Part shown: positions 1-9,636 of the stretch, piece by piece | How the letters are laid out: each line of letters begins with the position of its first letter | Position numbering within the stretch: position 1 is the first letter of the stretch | From: Diplonema japonicum | Taxonomy: Eukaryota; Protista; Euglenozoa: Diplonemea | Assembly: GCA_964019335.1 (NCBI GenBank) | Contig: OZ025749.1 | Location: 186,001-250,000 of the forward strand | Direction: 5' to 3' | Length of the DNA stretch: 64,000 nucleotides | Notes under the pieces: generated by a model | Database searches by the model: none | The model's input: only the letters and a program-made list of their open reading frames with translations | Told to the model about the DNA's origin: nothing | Made by a program: the position numbers and the translations under genes

Positions 1-2
1 GC

Positions 3-1556
3 ATCTCGCAATGCGGGAACTACGGCCTCGTGGGGATGTCGTCCGGGAGGATCCACTGCTTCAACTTACAGTCTACAGAGTTCAGGGGGTCCTTCGTGGA
101 CGAAACGCTGGAGCACGACAAGGCACACGACGGGAGGATCATAGGGATGTACCTCCTACAAGACAACGGCATGGTTCTGACCATAGGAGCAGACTGTTAC
201 CAACGCCTATGGAACTTCCCCCCGAGAATCAACGGAGAGGACGGCGACACCGACAGCCAACTTCTCTTCAAGCTCACAATGCCCATCATCCCGAACGCGT
301 GCGTTTTCAACACAAGCAACAACTTCTTAGCAGTCTCTGGCGCGGACTTCTCTGTACAGGTCTACGACGTGACTCCCAAGCACGCAGAGGTCAGTGCTCA
401 GGACGTCATCAACACGGTTCTGAGGAAAGTCCGCGTGACATGCAAGGTTCTACCTGCAAGAAAAGTGCGTCACTTTGAGAAACACAGCTCCCCCGTGACA
501 TCCTTGGCGTACACACCCGACTCACGACTGCTACTGACATCGTCTTTGGACGGGTTGGTCTGTGTGTGGGACATGCCGACGGACCGTCTCATCGATGCAG
601 TAAGCTTCGAGTCTCCCGTCACCTCTCTGGACGTGCATCCTGATGGGTACTTCGTGTCAACCACACACGCCAACGATGAGAACGTGTACCTGTGGACCAA
701 CAAGATGAAGTACGGGCACATCCCTGCAAGCTTTACAGATGGCACTGAAATCGAACCGCACGGCGTCTTCAAAATGCCAGAAGTTACCATCGATGGGACA
801 TGGGACATGGACGAGGACAGACAGGAAGTGGGGATGGGTGAGGCGGTCGAGGAAAACGATGAAATCAACACAAAAGAGGAACTCAGCGAGATAGAAAAAA
901 TGTTGATCGCCAAGGTAGAGGACGATGTTCAGGGATACCTGTCCATGGCGCCCACACCTAGGGGGAAGTGGAGCACACTCATTGCCTTGGAACAGATTAA
1001 AAAACGTAACGCTCCCATTGCACCGCCGAAGAAAATCGACGCGCCCTTTTTCCTCCCAACTCTTGGCGAGAAGAAGGAAAATGACGGGGAATCAAGGCTG
1101 CTTGCTACACTGAAGGATGGGCCTATGCAAGATGCAACAGAAACACCGTTTTTGAGACTTCTTGAGAAAAAGGACTTCAAAGCTGGATTGAGCCTGTTGG
1201 AGGAAATGGGTGTTAGCAAGGTTGATGCCGAGTTTAAGGGTTTGACCGACACGTACTTCGGGGTGGACAACGAGGAGGAAGAGGGCCCCGATGCCATGTC
1301 TGAAACTATAGCCAAGAGGTATAACATGGTCATCGATTTCTTCGAGTACCACCTCCCGAGGAGGACTCACTACGACTTCGTGCAGTCCCTCCTCTGCGTT
1401 TTCCTTAAGTACGCAGGTCTTCAGGCCTCTGCCAATGCCGGTATTAGGTCCCGTCTTACGGTGCTGAAGGACCACCAGGCCGCAAATGCGTCTCTTTTGT
1501 CATCCTTGTGCGATAGCTCTCTCGCTGCGATCAGACATTTCGTGACGGGTGTTTGA
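3..1556 (+). CDS. UTP21: U3 snoRNP protein Utp21/WDR36, 5'-partial (runs in from before the window)
   Basis: ISQCGNYG motif, WD40 repeats (HSSPVTSLAYTPDSRLLLTSSLDGLVCVWD) and Utp21 C-terminal signature IKKRN-APIAPPKK-APFFLPTL. Confidence 0.85.
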   Translation: MSQCGNYGLVGMSSGRIHCFNLQSTEFRGSFVDETLEHDKAHDGRIIGMYLLQDNGMVLTIGADCYQRLWNFPPRINGEDGDTDSQLLFKLTMPIIPNACVFNTSNNFLAVSGADFSVQVYDVTPKHAEVSAQDVINTVLRKVRVTCKVLPARKVRHFEKHSSPVTSLAYTPDSRLLLTSSLDGLVCVWDMPTDRLIDAVSFESPVTSLDVHPDGYFVSTTHANDENVYLWTNKMKYGHIPASFTDGTEIEPHGVFKMPEVTIDGTWDMDEDRQEVGMGEAVEENDEINTKEELSEIEKMLIAKVEDDVQGYLSMAPTPRGKWSTLIALEQIKKRNAPIAPPKKIDAPFFLPTLGEKKENDGESRLLATLKDGPMQDATETPFLRLLEKKDFKAGLSLLEEMGVSKVDAEFKGLTDTYFGVDNEEEEGPDAMSETIAKRYNMVIDFFEYHLPRRTHYDFVQSLLCVFLKYAGLQASANAGIRSRLTVLKDHQAANASLLSSLCDSSLAAIRHFVTGV

Positions 1557-1920
1557 AAGTGAATTTTTGAGAGGGCGTTGGGGAAGGGGGAGCTTTATCA
1601 TGGTTTTTTTTTTTTTTTTTTGCCCCCCCTTTTTTTTTGTTGATTCTTATTTCTATTCTCCCACCACCACCACCCACCTTTTTTTTTATATCATTTTTTT
1701 TTTTTTTTTCCATAAAATAAAAAAAAAAAACTCTGAAGCGACACACATAAAAAAAAAAAAGCGACCTCCCCTAAAAAAAGAATTCTTCCCCATCGTTATA
1801 TTTACTTCTTCTTTTTTTTTATATATCAATCAGTGTGGATTTCCCCCCCCCCTTTTATTTTTCTTCTTTGTTCTTCCATTTTTCTTTTATCGTCAGCCAA
1901 AGGCAATAAAGCAAGAAGAT

Positions 1921-2535
1921 ATGCTGGAGTGCGCTCTCGTGACTGGAGTGGCAGGCATCTGTCTACTATGGTGGCTCGGCGGCGAAGAGGCTTCGGATAT
2001 TAAGAAAGAGGAAAACTTCACTGTGAAGAGAAGGGTGGGGTATGAAGAGAAGATGCAGGAGACGAGAAAAGCGATGACCCAACTAGTGGAGAGCCCTGCT
2101 TACCAGAGGTGGAGATTCAATAAGGTAGAGGAAGGAATAGAAAACGAAATAGCGAGAAAAGAGCAGAGAACCTGGATTCGAGTAAGGCTGGTCCTGACCA
2201 TTGTGGCAGTGGGTGCATACTCGCTCTTTATGTTCCCTTTCCCGGAAGAGAGCACATGGGCAACACCTCTTGGTTTCGCCCTCCTACTCACCCTTCTCGC
2301 CTGCTGTGACTCCCCTTCCCACGCATCCCTGTATGCTGCCTGTGTTACCTGCCACATGATTCTTGCCACACCGGAAGCGCCTTTCCCTACCGGTTACTTC
2401 TTCTGGCTCGTGCTTCTTATCTGCAGTGCTTTTGCAAACAGCCACATCAAGCAGCTCAAAGCATCGCAAAGCATCAACATGCACATTTCTCGCTATGAAA
2501 ATCTAGAGTATGACGCAGTGCTGGCCGACGACTAG
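1921..2535 (+). CDS. Hypothetical multi-pass membrane protein
   Basis: ATG after a homopolymer spacer; N-terminal hydrophobic segment plus about four more. Confidence 0.6.
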   Translation: MLECALVTGVAGICLLWWLGGEEASDIKKEENFTVKRRVGYEEKMQETRKAMTQLVESPAYQRWRFNKVEEGIENEIARKEQRTWIRVRLVLTIVAVGAYSLFMFPFPEESTWATPLGFALLLTLLACCDSPSHASLYAACVTCHMILATPEAPFPTGYFFWLVLLICSAFANSHIKQLKASQSINMHISRYENLEYDAVLADD

Positions 2536-2749
2536 AGACAGGGAGGAGGGGGAAAAAAAAGTGTCGATCAGAAAAAAAAAAAAAGAAAACAACTTGCCCC
2601 GTTCGCTGGTTTTGTCACAAAGTAGCGAATATTTTGACCATATGAATTTCCTTCTCTTTGTTGAAAATCTGAAAACAAAACAAAAAAAAAAAAAAAAAAA
2701 AAAAGGAACCAAAAAGAGAGAGGGAAAAAAAAAAAAAAAAAAAAAAAAA

Positions 2750-3832
2750 ATGTCGGTGGCTGTGGCAGCAACGGCGCAGGCTCCACGCCAGCAGCAGTTG
2801 GTTCTGTTGGACGTGCAACGGAGGTGGATCGCAGGAATGGTGGCGAAGGGTCACAAGGGAGGGGGTTGGTTCAAGGTGAAAGAGAGAGCGCTGATGAAGA
2901 ACCAAACGCAAAAAATGCAGGCGGTGGACCCGGAGATGCAGGCGGAGGTTGCTGCAGACCTGATGGGGTTGTTAAGAGAACAGAGACTGGTACCATGGGC
3001 ACCACAGCTGGCAAATGTAGGAATCACAACACTACTTGCTTTAAGAAACGTGGCGTCGGAGTCAGAACTCCCAAGGGGAATGCCCCCCCCAGCACGCAGG
3101 GTACTGCTCAGCGAAGTGGAAAGAATGAACGGAGTGACACGGAACCCGAACACGATTTCGCCATCAGTGTCGCCTGCTTCCTCACCGTCTGTCGCACCTG
3201 TACAGTCTCCTCCATTGTCCACACACAGTACTTATCAACGAGCCCCTATCCCTTCCCCTCCACAGCCTGCAGCCCAACCCATTTATGTGAATCCAGCCAA
3301 GACACAATCCCCTGCTGAAATTGATGCTGTGGCCATTCACAACCCGAACGGTGCTGATATTTATAAGCAGGCGATGCCGGATGAAATGGCTGAGTTGGTG
3401 CCTCAGCTAGAGGTCTGCGGTGTGAACGGGTGTACAAGGAAGTTCACGGTAAACCGTGTGGAGAAGCATAGGCTTGCGTGCGGAACAGGGAAGCAACGGA
3501 AGCAGTTCGAAATCAAGGTGGTGGGTGATGAGGCTGTGGCGGCGAAGAGCAACTGTCCTGTGGAAAAGAAGCAGCCGAGATGGAGGGAACAGTCAAATTC
3601 CTTCCGTGCAGCGTGCCGCATGGAAGAAACTACAGAACCCCCAGTTGACCAAGTCGTCTGCCCAACCTGCTCCAGAAGCTTCAACCAGAGTGTTGCGGAA
3701 CGCCATATTCCTAGTTGTGCAGAAAGGCAACGAAACTCATCCAATAGGAGACCGCCTGCAAGATCCACAAGTTCCCCTCCAACACGCACGGCTCAGCGGC
3801 CAAGTAGACAATTCAGAGGTCCTGCTTACTAG
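2750..3832 (+). CDS. C2HC zinc-finger protein (ZC2HC1-like)
   Basis: Two C2HC fingers, CGVNGCTRKF...KHRLAC and CPTCSRSF...RHIPSC; ATG directly follows a poly(A) run. Confidence 0.7.
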   Translation: MSVAVAATAQAPRQQQLVLLDVQRRWIAGMVAKGHKGGGWFKVKERALMKNQTQKMQAVDPEMQAEVAADLMGLLREQRLVPWAPQLANVGITTLLALRNVASESELPRGMPPPARRVLLSEVERMNGVTRNPNTISPSVSPASSPSVAPVQSPPLSTHSTYQRAPIPSPPQPAAQPIYVNPAKTQSPAEIDAVAIHNPNGADIYKQAMPDEMAELVPQLEVCGVNGCTRKFTVNRVEKHRLACGTGKQRKQFEIKVVGDEAVAAKSNCPVEKKQPRWREQSNSFRAACRMEETTEPPVDQVVCPTCSRSFNQSVAERHIPSCAERQRNSSNRRPPARSTSSPPTRTAQRPSRQFRGPAY

Positions 3833-4484
3833 AAAACCGGGTAGAGTTAGATTTTTTTTTTTTTTTTCTTTTCCACACCCCCGTTTCCATTTTTCTTTTG
3901 CAAAAGAATGGGGGGGGAAAAAAAAGAGAGAGAGAAAAAAAGAAGGAGAAAGAATGCAGGGCAGCCGTTATATTGAGTTACAAAATTGTTTTTTAGGGTG
4001 CTCTTGGGTTGTTTTACCTGGTTGCCGTGCGTGTTGGGTTTCCGTCTTTTTTTCTTCCCCCCTTTCCGCTATTATTCCTCCTTCTTATTATGACTGCAAC
4101 TTTTGTTTGCCACCACCATTCAATGGTCAATAATCAAAAGCCGTACAAAAAGGGAATTGGGTCGGCTCTAAGCTGCCCAGGATCGTTTTCTTGCATTCGC
4201 TACCCCTGGAAAATGCGAATTTACTTTATGCTCCCCCCCCCCTCGCTGTCCTTTTTTTCTTGCTCCGGGAAAAAGAAAAGAAAAGGGGGGTTTCTTATTG
4301 CAAGCATTGGTCCCCGACTACACAGCAGTGAGTCGGGTGACAACAACTGCACTTTTTAAATTAAAAACTTCGTGTTCCCGTGCAATGTTACCACAAAGCA
4401 TATAAAGCAATACCGCAGAACAACCCCAAAGCAAACATTTCAGGTTTAAATCACAAACCACAAACCGGTAGACCTTTCAAGTCC

Positions 4485-7400
4485 CTGGAAGGACATGGGC
4501 TGGAACGCCAAGGTGGTCGGCAGGAGGTTCGCCAAGGTCGACGGCAGGAAGGTCATGTTCTTGCAAGTGGTCGCCTCGCAGCCCCCCCCGTACTCGATCT
4601 TCCAGTACGGCGACAGGCTCCTGAAGTGCCACGCGAAGGGCAGCTTCCCGGAGGCCTTCATCAAGACCTTCCCTAAAAAGGAGGCACAGCCGGAGGTCAT
4701 GCAGCAGCAGGGGACCCGAAAAACGGCTGCCGAAGTGGTCAGGAACGGCACCGCCTCCACTTCCACACCCCACCCTTCCACTCCCACACCGAAGACGCGC
4801 GAGGCACAGAAGAAAACAACGGGCGGAAAAGCAAAGGACAATGCCCCCAAAGGTACCAAGCGGGAGAAGCCAGCTGCATTCAGCGCGGAACTGGTGGAGG
4901 AAGTCGTGAGGCGGGTTCTTGCCGCGCTGCTGAAGGGGGACCCCTCGGAGACCAGGCCGCCAAACTCACCCAAAACGCCAACCTGCAAGAAGAAAGGCGC
5001 TTGGTAGCCGTTCCCAAAAGATGTTAACCACGGGCCCTGTGGGGTCCCTCCGCCCCCTCCGAGTTGTAACGTGGAACTGCAACTCGGTAAGGGGAGCCAA
5101 GACGACGACGCTGCTTCACCAAGCGAGAAAGAGGGAACTGGACGTCATCGCCATTCAGGAAACGAAGCTGGTACCAGCAGATGAATTCCAAGCTCTAGGA
5201 TATCAAGTCTTCAGAAAAGACCGACCCAACCGAACCAACAACGGCAGGGGAGGAGGCGTCGTAACTCTGGTCAAGAGAGATCTACAGGCCAGGGAGGTAG
5301 AATGTATGGTTTCCGAAGACGTGGAAAGGCTCGACGTCGAGGTCAGGTGCGACAACTCCAAGGTGATCATCAGCAACTACTACTGCCCACCCAGAAGCGG
5401 ACAGACACTTCAACCGACTGATCTGCCCCAAGGAGACGACTACATCGCATGTGGCGACTTCAACGCGCACCACACTAGCTGGGACCACGCAGCGAAGAAC
5501 AACGACAGAGGCTGGACCGGCTGGAGTGGGCGGAGAACAAAGAATTCATCCTATGGAACAGGCCAAACTGCCACACATGGACGAGAGGAGGGAGCAAATC
5601 GGTACTCGACCTGGTCTTCAGCAGGGACAGATGGGAACCCAAGACGCCTTGCCACCTGGGCTCCTGGGGCTCCGACCACACGCCTCTTCAGTTTGAAGTC
5701 CCCTTTCCGAGGCCAACGAGGAGAGCGTACACGCCTGAGCTTTACAACTTCCGAAAGGCTGACTGGAAGGCTTTCCAGGACTTTGTGGACGGGAAGCTGC
5801 GGGGACTGGAAGGATGCAAACAGGTCACGACCTTTGCTAGGAGGATTCAGGAAGCCCTAAGCGAAGCCGCTGCGCGACACATACCTCGACACGGGTGCTT
5901 CCCTGAGAGGAAACCCTGGTGGGACAGCGAACTCGACGCAGCCTTCGAAGCCAGGGACACTCTCAGGAATGCCATCCTCAGAGGCGAATCTGACGAACAC
6001 GACGAACTGGCTGACCTCAACAAAACTGTCAACGAAACGGTAAGGATGTCCAAAGAGAAGTCCTGGAAGAGCCTTTGCTCCAAATTCTGCTCCTCTAAGA
6101 ACCTACCTTCGGCATTCAAAGCAGTTAAAGAGCTCGACGGCAGGTCCTGGAGGCCACCGATGCCCCCCCTTCAGCAAGGCAGCTCTCTGCTCACTGGCAA
6201 CAAAGCAAAGGCCGATCGCCTCGGACGATACTACGAGACGATCTGCGGAGACGACACAGTACCCGGACTCGACACGTCTGGGCTGACACAGAGACCCTTC
6301 GAGGGCGGGACGGGCTGCTTCACCATGGACGAACTGACAAGGCAACTACACAGGACGAACTCGAAAAGCGCTGCTGGCGAAGACGGTGTCTTCAACGCGA
6401 TGCTGACGCGACTGGGTGGGGTGTCTCAAAGCGTCATTCTACGACTGTTCAACCTCTCCTGGGCGAACGGACAAGTCCCGGACACGTGGAAACAGGCGTT
6501 GGTCGTCCCGATTCCGAAGCCAGGCAAAGACCCCACGGAGATTGAGTCCTACCGCCCCATCAGCCTGACAAGCTGCCTAGGTAAACTCATGGAAAGGATG
6601 GTCGAAGCCCGCGTAACGTTCCTCCTCGACTCCCCAACGACGACGGTTGAAGGACTTCACCCTGCCCAAGCCGGGTTCAGGAAGGGGAGGTCCACCGAAG
6701 AACAAGTCGCTGCCATCGTGCAACACGTAGCGACGAAGAGAGATGCGGACGAAAAAGAGGCCAGCCTCACCATACTCTTCGACTTTTCGAAGGCGTTCGA
6801 CAGGGTAAACCACAAAGCCCTGATACAGAAGATGACGCAGAAGCGCTTCCCTGCAGCCTACACCAAGTGGGTTGCCTCCTTCCTGGAGTCCAGGACAGCA
6901 AGAGTTATCATAGAAGGTGTCAAGGGGTCCCCCTTCAAAGTCAAGAGCGGCGTTCCTCAGGGTTCTGTGCTCGGTCCGGTCCTATTCACCGTATTCGTAG
7001 ACGACCTTGCGAGGGAACTCGAGGGAATGACTGGTCTCACCACGATCTACGCCGACGACGTCGCGGTGGTAGTATCTGCCACGACGAGGACTGAGCTTGA
7101 AGCAAGGGCCACAGCGGTAGTGGGTGCGGTAGAAGACTGGTGCGCCCGATGGGGGATGCAGCTGAGCAGGGAGAAGACTTTATTCGTCTCCACGCCCAAG
7201 TGCGAACCGTACGACTTCCACGTCTACTTCCCCTCGACCACGAAAACACACTCAGGGTTGGAGTTTTGGCAATCGAAGCTCAAGGGCCGACTCATCACAG
7301 GAGGACCTTCTCATCTGGTGGGTAGGAGGCTCTTAGCCGTGAACCGCACAGCCACGACACATCGCGACATTTCCTCGCTCGTCACCAGCAGGCTGGTATA

Positions 7401-9053
7401 CGACTTCACAACGGCCGTGACAGTCGAGAGACGTGACAGAGCCAAATACCTGGGGATCACCCTGGACGCCGACTTAACCTTCGAAGCCCATGCTCGAGAC
7501 ATTGTCAAGAGGTACGACAAGCGCATTCGCATACTGCGGCTCCTCTCCGGTTCATCCTGGGGCAGTTCTGCTGCATCACTCAGATCCTTGTACCTGGCCT
7601 ATGTCCTGCCGGTGTTCACCTACTCGATGAGGCATCTTCTTCGCGATGATGACCACCCAGGACAGGAAGACGATGTGCACGAAGCACGCGGAGGCGGCCC
7701 GTCGTATCACAGGGTGCGTCAAAAACACCTCCACCTCAGCCGTCATGTGCGAAGCCCGCTTACGCCCCCTCGACCTGATGGCCGATGCAGCGTCTGCTGT
7801 CCTATGGCAGAGGGCGCTAAGATGGGAAGGGACCCCGGTGAACAAAGTGGTCAGGGGTGCGGCGACCACAGGATGGACGAAAAGAGCGCTGGACACGGCA
7901 AGGAAATCCGGGCTCGGAACGGCGGCCTCCCAGCTCTTAGGGAGCACAACGAAGGCACCACCCTGGGTGGAAGGTATCCGAGTAGACCCCTACGCCACCG
8001 ACACACGGAGGGCCCTACCCGACGACGTAAGGGCGGCTGCGGCTGCGAAAAAACTGGCCGAGATTCCCAGCGATGCCTTGGTTGTGTACACGGACGGCTC
8101 GGTAGCGGGAGGAAGAGGAGGTGCAGGGGTCGCCATCAAGGTCCCTGGCCTGGACTTCACCCTCACCACCTCGCATGGGGCCGGCGCGGTCTCCACACCC
8201 ATGTGCGCCGAAGGCACCGCTATCCTGAAGGGGCTGCAGGAAGCCGGGGAGGTGTACAGGACGGCCGCGAGTCTGCGGGGGCGCCCCCTCTACCTGCTCA
8301 CGGACTCCCAATCGATGCTAAGGGGGCTCGCTGGTGGCCCCGGCCGGCAGAGAGAAATCGCGGACAGACGGATCTGGGACGCCGCTTCGTGGCTCAGGAC
8401 CAAGCGCTCTGGAGACGTGCATTTCTGGTTTGTTCCCTCTCACTGCGGTGTAGCGGGGAACGAACTCGCTGACGGAGCTGCCAGGGACGGTCTGGCGAAA
8501 CAATCCTGTGGAGTCAGCTACCGCTCCAGCAAAGCGGCCGTGAAGGCATGGCTGAGGGGAGCAACGCGCGCGAGGTACGGCAACGACGCTCCAGGCCATC
8601 ACAGCCTCGTTACGAATGGCGACAGTCTCCCACTCCCTCCCCTCTGTAGGAGGGACGAGGTCCAGATCATACGACTCCGGACCGGGCAAACTCCCCTGAT
8701 GAGAGGGTACCTTCAGCTCAGGGGCCCCCTCAGGGCTTCGAGGGATCACCACCTCACCTGCCCCGCATGCGGCGTTCACTCTCCGCTAGACGCCGATCAC
8801 CTGCTCAGGAGCTGTCCTTCTCTGGCCCCCGCTGCGAGAACCTTCTTCGACACCAGGCTGCCGCTCCGCGCGCTGCTTTCCAAGCACTCCGCCGAGGTCT
8901 GCGCCTTCATCGAGGCCTCCGGGCTCTTAACATGGTCCGAGTGTGGGATCCTCCCCCCGACCAACGCTGCTCAAGGGTGAACATGAGCCCAAAATAGACC
9001 CCCCCCTTTTTCCCCTTTTACCTTTTCCATTTCCCAAACTCTCTCTCTCCCCC

Positions 9054-9084
<31 letters not shown>

Positions 9085-9349
9085 ACACACACACTCAAAA
9101 CGGGCCAAAGAACGCCTCCCAAGAGATGGTCACGGATGGCCGGGCGCAGGCGCAGCTCGAGGTCTTCTGCGTTGAATCTCGAGGGGTTCGCCCCGCATGT
9201 AATCAGCCGAGTCGGCTGTCCCACGCAAGGGGAACGGAGAGCCAGAGGGATGGTCCAACCCAAGTGGTGGCCCTCTTGGTTCCTCCAGACAAAAGACTGG
9301 AACACACCCCCCACACCCCCCAGTTTCCCCCCAGTGGTTATTATTGCAA
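4485..9349 (+). mobile_element. Non-LTR retrotransposon family A, copy A1: 5'-truncated and frameshifted
   Basis: Colinear with A2 from ~18240 to its end; ORF1 tail, APE, RT and RNase H; ends ...CAGTGGTTATTATTGCAA like A2. 5' boundary uncertain by about 10 nt. Confidence 0.9.
5021..8980 (+). pseudogene. A1 ORF2 (APE-RT-RNaseH-CCHC) broken by single-base frameshifts near 5519 and 7630
   Basis: ORFs 5021-5860, 5785-8472 and 7646-8980 join into a homolog of A2 ORF2: TWNCNS, IQET, GDFNAH, GSDH, DFSKAFD, PQGSVLGP, YADD, YTDGS, SHCG.GNE.AD. Frameshifts may be decay or sequencing errors. Confidence 0.85.
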
Positions 9350-9369
9350 TTTTTTTTTTTTTTTTTTCC

Positions 9370-9408
9370 AACCAACGATTCTAAAGCTACAGTTTCTGTA
9401 CTTTATTG
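9370..9408 (+). other. Complete 39-nt spliced-leader exon AACCAACGATTCTAAAGCTACAGTTTCTGTACTTTATTG at the 5' end of element B
   Basis: Length 39; ends in the conserved euglenozoan CAGTTTCTGTACTTTATTG; AACCAACG start as I recall for diplonemids (trypanosomatids have AACTAACG). Confidence 0.92.
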
Positions 9409-9424
9409 TTTCTGTACTTTATTG
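9409..9424 (+). other. Relic SL (SL nt 24-39, TTTCTGTACTTTATTG)
   Basis: Exact copy of the SL portion after its internal CAG. Confidence 0.9.
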
Positions 9425-9519
9425 GTGTCCGACCGTGCCAATAAAGTTCACACAGCAACGGTTTGAAAAGAAAATACAAATATTGGAAGTTGAAGCGCGA
9501 CACAGATCAGCAACGTAAA

Positions 9520-9594
9520 GGAGAAGAGAAGAGAAGAGAAGAGAAGAGAAGAAAAATCGAGTCATATCAGATCATATCAGATCATATCAGATCA
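9520..9594 (+). repeat. (GAGAA)n and (TCATATCAGA)3 repeats in the B 5'UTR
   Basis: Directly visible. Confidence 0.85.
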
Positions 9595-9636
9595 CAGCAA
9601 ACACATTGACAATCTAAGCAACCGCGTCAGTCTAAG

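Noticed and set aside
4494-4499. CATGGG as the 5' TSD of A1
   Set aside because: Homology to A2 continues upstream (gaagga), so it is element-internal sequence.
9370-9470. A genuine SL-RNA gene, or a SLACS/CRE-type insertion into one
   Set aside because: The full SL is followed by TT rather than a GT donor, there is no SL sequence at B's 3' flank, and B has an APE endonuclease. Not fully excluded, because GT does follow the relic copy.
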